Positions 10,769 to 22,500 of a DNA stretch of 59,187 nucleotides are shown here, one piece after another (within the stretch, counting starts at the first letter, position 1; every line of letters begins with the position of its first letter). The notes below the pieces were generated by a model. The model was not told the DNA's origin. It saw only the letters and a list, made by a program, of their open reading frames with translations, and made no database searches. The DNA lies in contig NC_057748.1 in the NCBI RefSeq assembly GCF_004010195.1, positions 27,433,501-27,492,687 of the forward strand. The letters are read 5' to 3'. The position numbers and the translations under genes were made by a program. Source of the DNA: Chiloscyllium plagiosum (taxonomy: Eukaryota).

Positions 10769-13700
10769 TTAGTACCAGTATGATTTCCGAGACCTGCTGC
10801 TTTCGTTTATTCCCATTTTCTCCATAACGTCTTCCTCAAAGGTTTTCAGAACAGGTGTGAATGTCTTCTCCAGCGCGTCCTCAGCACTGGTGTCCTTTGG
10901 CCCATCTGAACACAATCACAGCAGGAAGGTTAGCAAGAGGGTGAACTACACTGAATCTAACCCAAAGGGATATGGCACAGTGTTAGATAGAGAGTAAAGC
11001 TCCTTCTACACTGTCCTCCTCATCAAATATTCTCAGGCCAGTGACAGCATGGGGTTAGATACAGCTCCCCTACACCCTTCCTGATTTCTGTCATCACCCA
11101 AAAACCAGACATAAATTCTTCTCTGCCAGCTCCCTCTACTCCCTCCCTATCTCTGTCACCCCCTCCAGCCCCTACACTCCTTCCCGATCTCTGTGACCCC
11201 ACTCCGACCCTTACACTCCCTCCCTATCACTGTAACCCCCTTCAGTCCCTACAACCCCTCCCCATTCCAGACACCACCTCCCTCTCTCTGTCACCCTCTC
11301 CCTATTAGCGGGTTTTGAGATGATGTCCACATTGATTTGGACCCCATTTACCACTCGCTGAGAAAAAGAACAGGAAATGACATCATCATCTCAAAGAAAC
11401 CCAAGCATATAAATAGAAAACAGGAATCATCAGTATGGTGACAAAATGTCTGAAAATAAACCTTCCAGCTCAGTGAGAAAACCTACATCCAGAACTTTTC
11501 TCCATCTCTGTAATATACAAGCCAACATCTCTGTGCTCCTGCAAGTCTAAACTCCACTCACTTCCTGTCTCTTTAATTGACTTATTCAAAAATACGCTCA
11601 GCTTTGACCAGCCCCTTCCTCGAGTGTCTCGGTGTCCCAGTCTTGCTGTGGTTCTGTGTAGCAAGCACTGGTGCTAATACGAAAACGTGTTCAGGAGGAG
11701 CGACAGTAGTTAATCCTGGAGATGTTGGGGCTCATTGACCTAAGTCTGACTGAAGACAGGGTGGGGATGGCTTAAACCTTGCGTTATGGGGCATGAGGGA
11801 TCGTTGAGGGTTAGGGAGAGGGTGTGGTTGTGTTGAGCAGGAAAGGGACATGGGTTGGGAAGGAGTGGAGAACGACTTGCCTTTCCACTGCTCTGGCACA
11901 ATCCCGTCTCTCCTCTGGAACACGGGTTTGGGAATGATTCTCCCGGAGCGGGTAGACACCCTGACCTTCTCTCCTTCTTCCGTGTACCTCCAGTCCACCG
12001 TCGTCGGCTTCCTGTGAGGGGGGGGGCAACAGACGAGAAAGTTGGAAGACAACATTCATGCCCCGTTGGCGCGACCCCCTTGTCCCACCCTTCCTCCACC
12101 ACCAGACGCGAACTTACCGGTCGCTGGGGTCCACTAGTGCCACGTCATGGAGCAGAAGCGGCGCCTCGCTGGCGATATATGTTCCCCAGTGATCTCCTGA
12201 CTTGCCGACATAACGGTAATGCTGCAAAAATGGAGAGGGAAAAGAGAACGGGAAGGGTTAAGGGCGGGACCTGACCAATGCCATCTCTGACACCCTCCCT
12301 CACTGCCCTCCCTAACGTAGCCCTAAAAAAAGACACAACCCCACCCTGACAATCCCAGATCGAATAGGCCTTGTCAAAATCAAGATGGCACAGTGCCTCC
12401 CTCCCTCGTTACCAGCCCGGACTCCGCTGAGGGAGCAGGAATACGCAATGCGACCTTCCAAAAGGCAATTCGAGTCAACTCTCTGTATATCCGAGGGTTC
12501 TGTTCCTGAGAAACTCCCGCGGACGATTAAAGACATGAGTGCGGATCTCAGTCAAAAATTGTGGACATTTCCTGACCCCACAAGTTGATCTTTGTTACAC
12601 TGGTTTTGGCGCGGAGGTAACTTTGCGGATAAAGAGGATTTCCTGTATTATCGCAAGGCCGTTAATCCAGAGAGTCAGGCAGCATCCAGGGAACAAGAGA
12701 ATCGACGTTTCGGGCATAAGCCCTTCTTCAGGAATGAGGAAAGTTTGTCCAGCAGGCTAAGATAAAAGGTAGGGAGGAGGGACTTGGGGGAGGGGCGCCG
12801 GAAATGTGATAGGTGGAAAGAGATCAAGGTGAGGGTGATAGGTCAGACTAGGGTGGGGGCGAAGAGGTCAGGAAGAAGATTGCAGGTTAGGAAGGCGGTG
12901 CTGANNNNNNNNNNNNNNNNNNNNNNNNNNNNNNNNNNNNNNNNNNNNNNNNNNNNNNNNNNNNNNNNNNNNNNNNNNNNNNNNNNNNNNNNNNNNNNNN
13001 NNNNNNNNNNNNNNNNNNNNNNNNNNNNNNNNNNNNNNNNNNNNNNNNNNNNNNNNNNNNNNNNNNNNNNNNNNNNNNNNNNNNNNNNNNNNNNNNNNNN
13101 NNNNNNNNGCGCAGCAGGTCAGGCAGCATCCAGGGAACAGGAGAATCGACGTTTCAGGCATAAGCCCTACTTCAGGAGGCATAAGCCCTTCCTGAAGAAG
13201 GGCTTATGCCTGAAACGTCGATTCTCCTGTTCCCTGGATGCTGCCTGACCTGCTGCGCTTTTCCAGCAACACATTTCCAGCTCTGATCTCCAGCATCTGC
13301 AGACCTCACTTTCTCCGTTAATCCAGAGACCCCTGTAATGAGCTGGGGTTCGAATCCTGGCACATCAGGGTTTGGATTGGATTGAAAATCTGGAGCGAAA
13401 CTGACAAGCATGTCTGATGGGAGGGATCTGCGTAAGCAGCGATGCCTTTGTGCTCCAGAGCAGCTCTCTCCTATTCTGCCACACCTTCCCACCCCCTTCC
13501 CTGTACCCCAGTGTCGCTCCCCACTCACCGTGTTGAGTCCCTCCAGGACCACCCAGTTCCGAGCTCGAATCACCTGGTTGACCTTCCCCTGTTTCCCGGC
13601 GTCTTTGCCCTTGAGTATCTCCACCTAGCCCAGAGGAAGCACAGCAGAACCTTATCAGGGGCGTTCCTAGGTCACCACAGAGACATACAGCACAGAAACA

Positions 13701-15394
13701 GACCCTTCGGTGCAACCAATTCATCAGCCCAAACTAAAATTGACTCCCGCCTGCGCCTGGCCCATATCCCTCCAAACCTTTCCTATTCACATACTTATCC
13801 AAATATCTTAAATGTTGTAACTGTACTCATATCCACCTCTGGAAGTTGCCCCTCATGTCTTTTCAAATCTCTCTCCTCTCACCGTAAAAATAGAGTCGTA
13901 TAGCACAGAAACTGACCATAACTCGTCCTTATCAACCAAGTTACCCAAACTAACCTAGTCCCATTTCCCTGCGTTTGGCCTGGATCCCGCCAAATCCTTC
14001 CTATTCATGCATCTATCCAAACGTCTGTTAAACGTTGTAACTGTAGCTGTATCTACCATCTCCTCTGGCAGCGCATTCCACATACACACCACCCTCTCTG
14101 TGAAAAGGTCGCCCCCTCAGGTTAAATCTCTTTTAAATCTCTCTCCTTAAAAACATACCCCCTAGTCTTGAAATCCCCCATCCTCAGGAAAAGACACCTG
14201 ATCTGGGCCCATTATTTTATAACCCTCAATAAGACCACCCCTCAACTTACAGTGAAGGAAGTCCCAGCCTCTCCTTATAACTCAAACCCTCCACGGCCGG
14301 CAACGTCCTGGTAAATCTCTTCTGAACCCTTTCCAGTTTAATAACATCCTTCCTATAGCAGGGCGACCAGAACTGAACACACTACTCCAGAACAGGCCTC
14401 ACCAACGTCCTGTAAAACCTCAATGTGACGTCCCAACTGAAGGGTCTCAGCAATGAAGACAAGCGTGCTGAACACCTTCTTAACCACCCTGTCTACCTGC
14501 GACGCAAAGAATTATGTACCTGAACCCCTAGGTCCCTCTATTCTACAACACTACTTAAGGCCTTGCCAATAATTGTATGAGTGGAGAGTGGGGTGTTGAA
14601 AAAGCACAGCAGGTCAGGCTGCATTCAAGGAGCAGGAGAATCGACATTTCAGGCATAAGCCCTTCATCAAGGGATGCTGCCTGACCTGCTGTGCTTTCTC
14701 AACACCCCACGCTTGACTCTGACCTTCAGCATCTGCAGTCCTCAATTTCTCCCATTAGTTGTATGAGTCTTGGTTTTATCAAAAGCATCTCTCAGCCTCC
14801 TGTATGTATAATTGGGGCAGAGAGGAGGGCAGGAAAGACTGGCTGAGATCGATCAGCCCACAGCCACAACGAGGCCATTCACTCCATCCTGCCTCTGCCA
14901 GCCCCTCGGAATCCCTGTGAATGCAGTGGGCGGTGCTGGACTCCCTCCCCCCCCCTCCCGGTCACCTCCTGTCAAGAAATTCTCTGTGCAAAACAGGGCA
15001 TTGTGATAATGCGAGATCTTGCTGTGCAAGCCCATAGCTCTGCATCCTGACCGTTGAACTGTCTACCGTGCCAGACTAGGATTCTAACATTGCTGCCAGA
15101 CACATTCTGGTCTGTCTCGCTGCTGAGGGAGGAGAGAACCAGAGCCTCTCTCCAACTCCCAGAGACAATCGCCATCCGTATTCAAGTGCAGGTGCCCCTC
15201 ACTCCACTCGCCCTCACCGTGTCCCCTCGGAAGATCTTCCACTCGTCCTGGGCTAGGGGCTCCACAAACACCTTTTTGCGCTGGCGTCCCGGGGGATTCA
15301 TCTTCTGGGCGGTTACCGTCCAGGGCCGGCTCATGCCATAGCGGTAGCCGCGAGGGAGCTTGGTGGCGGCGGCTAGCACAGATCCCAGTCGCAT
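10769..15394 (-). CDS. MRPL24: Mitochondrial large ribosomal subunit protein uL24m, complete. Coding exons 15394-15218, 13624-13529, 12221-12118, 12011-11881, 10905-10769; 214 aa
   Basis: The 645-nt spliced ORF runs ATG to [30 protein letters not shown] motif [33 protein letters not shown] and C-terminal YWY match MRPL24. Confidence 0.97.
12674..13314. mobile_element. Penelope-like element remnant with inverted terminal copies, inside an MRPL24 intron
   Basis: 15-bp target duplication CCGTTAATCCAGAGA (12659-12673, 13315-13329). Contains CTGAAGA-stem-GAAACGTC motifs in both orientations and an internal N gap. Confidence 0.75.
12704..12731 (-). ncRNA. Minimal hammerhead ribozyme motif (Penelope-type, family 1)
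   Basis: CUGAAGA-A-GGGC(UUAU)GCCC-GAAA-CGUC: intact core, 4-bp helix II, palindromic ACGU helix III, GUC triplet; helix I is weak. Confidence 0.6.
13680..14575 (-). mobile_element. CR1-type LINE 3' fragments (two stacked copies)
   Basis: Reverse complement of the recurrent CR1 ORF2 tail (cagttctggtcgccc, ctggaaagggttcagaagagatttaccagg) and 3' UTR. Confidence 0.8.
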
Positions 15395-16839
15395 GGTCCT
15401 TCTGGGCCTGGGGCAGCTGCGGAGGGAGCAGAAGGTGCCACAAGGTGAGGGAGTGAGTGAATGTGTGAGAGTGACAGCACGGTGACAGACCCTTCGGCCC
15501 ACATCATTCATGCTAACCAGGTTTCCCACACTAATCTGCCATTTGCCAGCACCCGGCCCATATCTCTCCAAACCCTTCCTATTCATGTCCCCATCCAAAT
15601 GCCTCTTAAATGTTGTAATTGTACCAGCCTCCACCACATCCTCTGGCAGCTCATTCCATACATGTACCACCCTCTGTGAAAAAGTTGCCCCTTACGTCTC
15701 TTTTATATATNNNNNNNNNNNNNNNNNNNNNNNNNNNNNNNNNNNNNNNNNNNNNNNNNNNNNNNNNNNNNNNNNNNNNNNNNNNNNNNNNNNNNNNNNN
15801 NNNNNNNNNNNNNNNNNNNNNNNNNNNNNNNNNNNNNNNNNNNNNNNNNNNNNNNNNNNNNNNNNNNNNNNNNNNNNNNNNNNNNNNNNNNNNNNNNNNN
15901 NNNNNNNNNNNNNNNNNNNNNNNNNNNNNNNNNNNNNNNNNNNNNNNNNNNNNNNNNNNNNNNNNNNNNNNNNNNNNNNNNNNNNNNNNNNNNNNNNNNN
16001 NNNNNNNNNNNNNNNNNNNNNNNNNNNNNNNNNNNNNNNNNNNNNNNNNNNNNNNNNNNNNNNNNNNNNNNNNNNNNNNNNNNNNNNNNNNNNNNNNNNN
16101 NNNNNNNNNNNNNNNNNNNNNNNNNNNNNNNNNNNNNNNNNNNNNNNNNNNNNNNNNNNNNNNNNNNNNNNNNNNNNNNNNNNNNNNNNNNNNNNNNNNN
16201 NNNNNNNNNNNNNNNNNNNNNNNNNNNNNNNNNNNNNNNNNNNNNNNNNNNNNNNNNNNNNNNNNNNNNNNNNNNNNNNNNNNNNNNNNNNNNNNNNNNN
16301 NNNNNNNNNNNNNNNNNNNNNNNNNNNNNNNNNNNNNNNNNNNNNNNNNNNNNNNNNNNNNNNNNNNNNNNNNNNNNNNNNNNNNNNNNNNNNNNNNNNN
16401 NNNNNNNNNNNNNNGACGGTGAGGAGGGTGAGGAAGGGGGTGGGTTATGGGGGGGAGGGGGGCTTTGGGTGTTGGCTGTTTCCGGATCAGCTCCGTCTAA
16501 GCCCCTCCCCCTCCCCCTTCCCGCGCCCCCGGGTTTGAATCTCTCTCCAACCGTCACCTCCAACGGTTCCAGCGCGCGGCCCCGGGCCCAGGCTCAGGGA
16601 TGAGGGAAACATGAAAAGTTGGTGGGGGGGATGTAGGGGGGGTGCGGTGAGGGCGGACCCAGGTCACCAACCGCCGCCTTAACATGAACGCTCACCCGAG
16701 ACCTGCCTCTCACCGTCCGCCTAAAAATAAAACCCTCCTTGCGCCTGGGGTGGGATAAAATGAGAGAAATGAGGATGTCTCTTCCCCCCCCCTCCGTGTT
16801 TGCCGCCGAATGGATCCTTCCCGGAGCAAGTCGTGGCCT

Positions 16840-17040
16840 CTGCGCATGCGGCCTCACTTACGTTGGTGGAGGTATCTGGGAGTTGTAGGCAGACGACACT
16901 CACTTGAGTATGCCACAGGGTGGCATGCCGGGAGTTGTAAGCAGAGACCGCCGCGACTTCGCCGCGCAGGGGCATGCCGGGAGTTGTAGGCAGACCGCCG
17001 CGAGTGTACCGCGCAGGGGCATGCCGGGAGTTGGAGGCTG
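16840..17040 (-). promoter_or_regulatory. Likely MRPL24 CpG-island promoter and non-coding first exon region
   Basis: CpG-rich. Four copies of a CTACAACTCCCGGCATGC-like motif (ZNF143/THAP11 type) at ~16875, 16922, 16971 and 17018; NRF1-type TGCGCATGCG at 16841-16850; consensus donor AC|GTAAGT at 16862/16861. Confidence 0.7.
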
Positions 17041-18419
17041 ACTCCAGTTCCCAAGGGGCATCGCGCAGCCCGACTGGTCAAAATGGAGACTATTCTCATG
17101 CACCAGGACAGAAATGGGGTCCCCCTCACCCAGATAGACTGTGCATCCTCACTCCCTTCACCCCAACACTCCCCCCACCATCTCCCCTGTGATGTTCCCA
17201 TGCACCCATTGCAACCTCACCCCAACCTCCCCCACCCACTCTCCCTCCATCACAACCTCCAGTTGTCACAGTGGGGTGATGGAGGTCAACCCTCTTTTGC
17301 AGCTAACAGGGAGGGCACTAGCCCAGGCTAGCGGGTTCCCCCTCCCCGCCCCAAGGTATAGGAGCAGGAACCAGGCATTTTAGCCCAAGGAGGCGGGTCT
17401 GCCATTCAACAAGATCACGGCTGAACTGGCCGTCGTCAACCTGCCTTTGCTTCTCTTCCATATTGAAAACCTTGATTATCCTTGTCAAAAGTTACACACC
17501 ACCAGGTTGTTGTGTATTATTTAAGATCACACACTTTCGGAGTGTGGCCCTTGGTCAGGTCATTTCAAATAAACCTGTTGGACTATAACCCTCCAGAGTG
17601 CTATGACTTCTGACCTTATCCACTTCAACACCACATCTCCATATATTGAATATCCTGAATGACCCGGTCTCAACAGCCCTCTGCGGCAAAGAATTCCACA
17701 AATTCCGTGCCCTCAGAGAAAAGATTCCTCCTTCCCTTTGTTTCAAACGGACGACCCCTTGTTCTTGGACTGTGCCCCTCTGGTCGAAGACTCTCTCGCG
17801 CAAGAGGAAGCAACAACTCCGCATCTGTCAAGACCCCCAGGAACCTAATATCTTTCAAATAGTCACCTCTCATTCATCTAAAATCCAAGGAGTACAGGTG
17901 CCCCAAAGGAATCTTACTCACCATACCTTCTCATTGTCCAATTCATATTGTCACTATCCAATCCAATGCTTACAAGCACATTATCTCTGTACACATCTCA
18001 CGGTTAGTGAACCCCGATCCGATGTCTCCTTGCAGTATATGAAAACTGTTGCAAAGTTCCCAGTGCAGGAGTTCAACAAATACCTTTTACAAGCACACTA
18101 TTCAGTTCATCCTGCCCACAAATTGTTTACCTGATGAAACTTACAGAACTACATTCATGAAGAGCTAAAGGTGCAATGTTCCAGTGTCTCTTCACTCACG
18201 CAAAGGACGGCAATTTAAAGTTTGATCGCTGTTGTAGCTGATTTGCAACTCAATGAAAAGCAAGTGACATGAACACAAACTTTAACTACATTCGTCAAAG
18301 GTAATCATTGGATGCAGGACACTAGGCGTCCTGGCATCTTCACCTGCAGACTCATGTTTCAGGTGAGATATCAAACCATCTCCAAGAATGCGGTACTCCT
18401 TTGTCACTGATCCTCCCAT

Positions 18420-18656
18420 GGTGCCTGCTTCCTCAGCGCTGACCCTCCGACAGTGCCCACTCCCTCAGCCCTGACCGTCCCACAGTGGCTACCCCCTCAG
18501 CGCTGACCCTCCCACAGTGCCCACTCCCTCAGCCCTGACCCTCCCACAGTGGCTACCCCCTCAGCGCTGACCCTCCAGCAGTGCCCTCTCCCTCAGCGCT
18601 GACCCTCTGACAGTGCCTGCTCCCACAGCACTGACCCTCCGACAGTGCCCACTCCC
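18420..18656. repeat. 32-bp minisatellite (cagtgcccactccctcagcactgaccctccga), running into a gap
   Basis: Tandem units; same family as 40970-43318 and 53330-53580. Confidence 0.9.
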
Positions 18657-19568
18657 NNNNNNNNNNNNNNNNNNNNNNNNNNNNNNNNNNNNNNNNNNNN
18701 NNNNNNNNNNNNNNNNNNNNNNNNNNNNNNNNNNNNNNNNNNNNNNNNNNNNNNNNNNNNNNNNNNNNNNNNNNNNNNNNNNNNNNNNNNNNNNNNNNNN
18801 NNNNNNNNNNNNNNNNNNNNNNNNNNNNNNNNNNNNNNNNNNNNNNNNNNNNNNNNNNNNNNNNNNNNNNNNNNNNNNNNNNNNNNNNNNNNNNNNNNNN
18901 NNNNNNNNNNNNNNNNNNNNNNNNNNNNNNNNNNNNNNNNNNNNNNNNNNNNNNNNNNNNNNNNNNNNNNNNNNNNNNNNNNNNNNNNNNNNNNNNNNNN
19001 NNNNNNNNNNNNNNNNNNNNNNNNNNNNNNNNNNNNNNNNNNNNNNNNNNNNNNNNNNNNNNNNNNNNNNNNNNNNNNNNNNNNNNNNNNNNNNNNNNNN
19101 NNNNNNNNNNNNNNNNNNNNNNNNNNNNNNNNNNNNNNNNNNNNNNNNNNNNNNNNTTTGGGAGATGGAGGGGTTTAAACTGCATGACGAGACGTGTAAA
19201 ACAGAGTCTGGATAGGGAGCAGCCGAGGGGCAAGGAGAACAGGGACTGAGGCGGGGGAAGAGGGTGGGGACAGCAGAGTGTTGGGTGAGGTGAATCTGCA
19301 GGAGGACGGAGGCTGCTGGACCAGCTCTGAGGGAGGGGATTTCCTGACATTTAGCCCAATGCTGGAAATACAGCAGCAAAACAGAGAGAGAGAGAGAGAG
19401 ACAGAGAGAGAGACTGGGCCCACTGGCCTATTACCTTGACACGCTTGATCTGCTGGAACCTCAGCCACGGGGATTTCCTGACATTTAGCCCAATGCTGGA
19501 AATACAGCAGCAACACAGAGAGAGAGAGAGAGAGACAGAGAGAGAGACTGGGGCCCACTGGCTATTAC

Positions 19569-22500
19569 CTTGACACGCTTGATCTGCTGGAACCTCAGCC
19601 ACAAGACATTTGTAATAGGGACCTTCTGTGAATCCATCCCGGATCAGACCTGTGGGACATCAGAACAGATTGTTCATGTTCTCAAAGTGCCCTACCTTCC
19701 AGAAACTCTGCGTGTGCGTGTGCGTGTCTGTGTGAGTGAGAGAGTGTGTATAAATGAGTCTTTTTATGGTATAGTGTGTTTTCAAAAGTGTGTGTGAGAG
19801 AGAGAATAGGTGTGTGTGCGCCCGTGAGACATAGAGTGTGTCTGTGTGTGACAGTGTGCGTGTGCACATATGTGAGACACAAAGTCTGTGTCTATGTGTC
19901 AGAGTGTCTGATTGTGTGAGAGGAAGAGAGACAGTGTCTGTGTATGTGTGAGCGAGAGAGAAAGAGACAGTGTCTNNNNNNNNNNNNNNNNNNNNNNNNN
20001 NNNNNNNNNNNNNNNNNNNNNNNNNNNNNNNNNNNNNNNNNNNNNNNNNNNNNNNNNNNNNNNNNNNNNNNNNNNNNNNNNNNNNNNNNNNNNNNNNNNN
20101 NNNNNNNNNNNNNNNNNNNNNNNNNNNNNNNNNNNNNNNNNNNNNNNNNNNNNNNNNNNNNNNGAGACAGTGTCTGTATGTGTGTGTGTGAGAGAGAGAG
20201 ACAGAGAGAGACAGTGTCTGTGTGTGAGAGAGAGAGACAGAGACTGTGTGTGTGAGAGAGAGAGACTATGTCAATGTGTGTGAGAGAGAGAGACTATGTC
20301 AGTGTGTAAGTGTGAGCGAGAGAGAGAGCGAGAGAGAGACCGCGTTGNNNNNNNNNNNNNNNNNNNNNNNNNNNNNNNNNNNNNNNNNNNNNNNNNNNNN
20401 NNNNNNNNNNNNNNNNNNNNNNNNNNNNNNNNNNNNNNNNNNNNNNNNNNNNNNNNNNNNNNNNNNNNNNNNNNNNNNNNNNNNNNNNNNNNNNNNNNNN
20501 NNNNNNNNNNNNNNNNNNNNNNNNNNNNNNNNNNNGTCTGCATGTCAGGACATGTGTGTCTGTGTATGTGTGTGTATGTGAGTGACTGTTTGAGTGTGTG
20601 CAAGTGCTTGAGTTAGCAGATGAAGACAATGAAAACAATAGACAGTAGACAATAGGTGCAGGAGTAGGCCATTCAGCCCTTCGAAAGTTTACAAGTCACC
20701 ACTGACAGCACCACCTTAGGTATAAAAGTATCTAGGCACAGATTCTTTGGCCCAAATTCTTAGGAAAAAATAACTAGAAAAGAAAGAAAATAGAAATGTC
20801 AACATTTGTATGTATGAATCAGTTAGACAAGAGAAAACATCTGTGTGAGGCGTCGGGTGGTGAGGGAGTGGTGATAGAGGAGGCCCAGGACCTCCGTCCT
20901 CAGCAGAGTGGGAGGGGGAGTTGAAATGGTCGGCCACGGGGCGGGTGGGGTTGATTGATACGGGTGTCCCGGAGATGTTCCCTAAAGCGCTCTGCGAGAA
21001 GGCGTCCAGTCTCCCCAATGTAGAGGAGACCGCATCGGGAGCAACGGATTATAATAGAACATCGAACAATACAGGCCCTTCCGCCCTCGATATTGCGCCG
21101 ACCTGTGAACTATTCTCAGCTCGTTCCCCCCTACACTATCCCATCATCATCCATGTGCTTATCCAAGGATTGTTTAAGTAAATGACGTGTGGAGGTGCAG
21201 GTGAAAGTTTGCTGGAAGGGGAAGACTCCTTTAGGGCCTTGGATGGAGGTGAGGGGGGAGGTGTGGGCGCAGGTTTTGCAATTCCTGCAGTGGAAGGGGA
21301 AGGTGCCAGGACGGGAGGGTGGGTTGTAGGGGGGTGGACCTGACCAGGTAGTCATGGAGGGAACGGTCTTTGTGGAAAGTGGATAGGGGTGGAGAGGGAA
21401 ATATATCCCTGGTGATGGGGTCCAAACCCTCCCCACCCCTATCCCCACTGCCCTGTGGCCCAACATTTCAACTCCCCCCTCCCACTCTACCAAGGACATG
21501 CAGGTCCAAGGTCTCCTCCACCACCGCACCCTCACCAGCCGACGCCTGGAGGAATAACCCTTCATCTTCCACCTCGGAACACTTCAACCCCAGCGTATCA
21601 ATGTGGACTTCAGCAGTTTCCTCATTTCCCCTCCCCCCCCACCTTACCCCAGTTCCAACCTTTCAGCTCAGCACCATCCTCATGACCTGTCCTACCTGCC
21701 AATCTTCCTTCCAACCTATCCGCTCCACCCTCCTCTCTGACCTATCACCTTCATCCCCACTTCCATCCACCTATTGCACTCTCAGCTACCTTCTCCCCTC
21801 CCATTTATCTCTCCACACCAGAGGCTCCCAGCCTCATTCCTGATGAAGGGCTTTTGCCCGAAACCTCGATTTTCCTGCTCCTCGGATGCTGCCTGACCTG
21901 CTGTGCTTTTCCAGCACCACTCTAATCATGTCTGCGTGAGTGTGTGCACACAAGACTGAGTGTGTCTAGTGAGTATGTGTGTGAGAGAGAGAGGAAGAGA
22001 AAGAGAGAGACATGGAGGGAGGGAGATATGAATTGAAGTTGGCAGGGTCTCATTGCATTAAGTCAGTATCTCACCTTCTTCAGTCTGCGTGACCTGTTCC
22101 GAAAGGTTTTCATTTTCAGCCAGTTCCTAAAACAAATAGGAAACCCAAATGAAATGATATGAGATGTCCCACCTCCAAAGAGGAAACTATTCAGGGAGTG
22201 GGGAGTGAAGAGTGGGGCAAATGGGTAGCGATTTGGGGATGGGGTGTAGAGTGATAGAGTGTTTACAACACTGAAAGTGGCCCTTCAGCCCATCATATCC
22301 ATACCAATCATCAAGCAAGCCATTCTAATCCCATTGTCCAGAAACTGACCCATCGCCTTCAAGTCCACATGTAAATAACTCTTCAATGACTTGAGGGTTT
22401 CTGTCTCAACCTCCCTTATAGGCAGTGGGTTGCAGACTCCCACCTTGAAAGAGTAGTCGCAGGTAAACAGGGTAGTGAAGGTGGTGTTTGGTACACTTTC

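Noticed and set aside
15510-16563. Long ORFs of 200-340 aa here and at other gaps
   Set aside because: They are open only because N runs contain no stop codons.
17900-18400. Unique AT-rich stretch examined for SAT copy B exons 4-6 or a DNA transposase relic
   Set aside because: No SAT motifs found; only a vague transposase-like resemblance with stops, which cannot be supported.
15395-19569. In-frame read-through fusion of SAT copy B exons 1-3 to MRPL24
   Set aside because: Exon 3 ends in phase 1, and the candidate MRPL24 acceptors leave 22 or 13 nt before the ATG, both out of frame. A 500-N join also intervenes.
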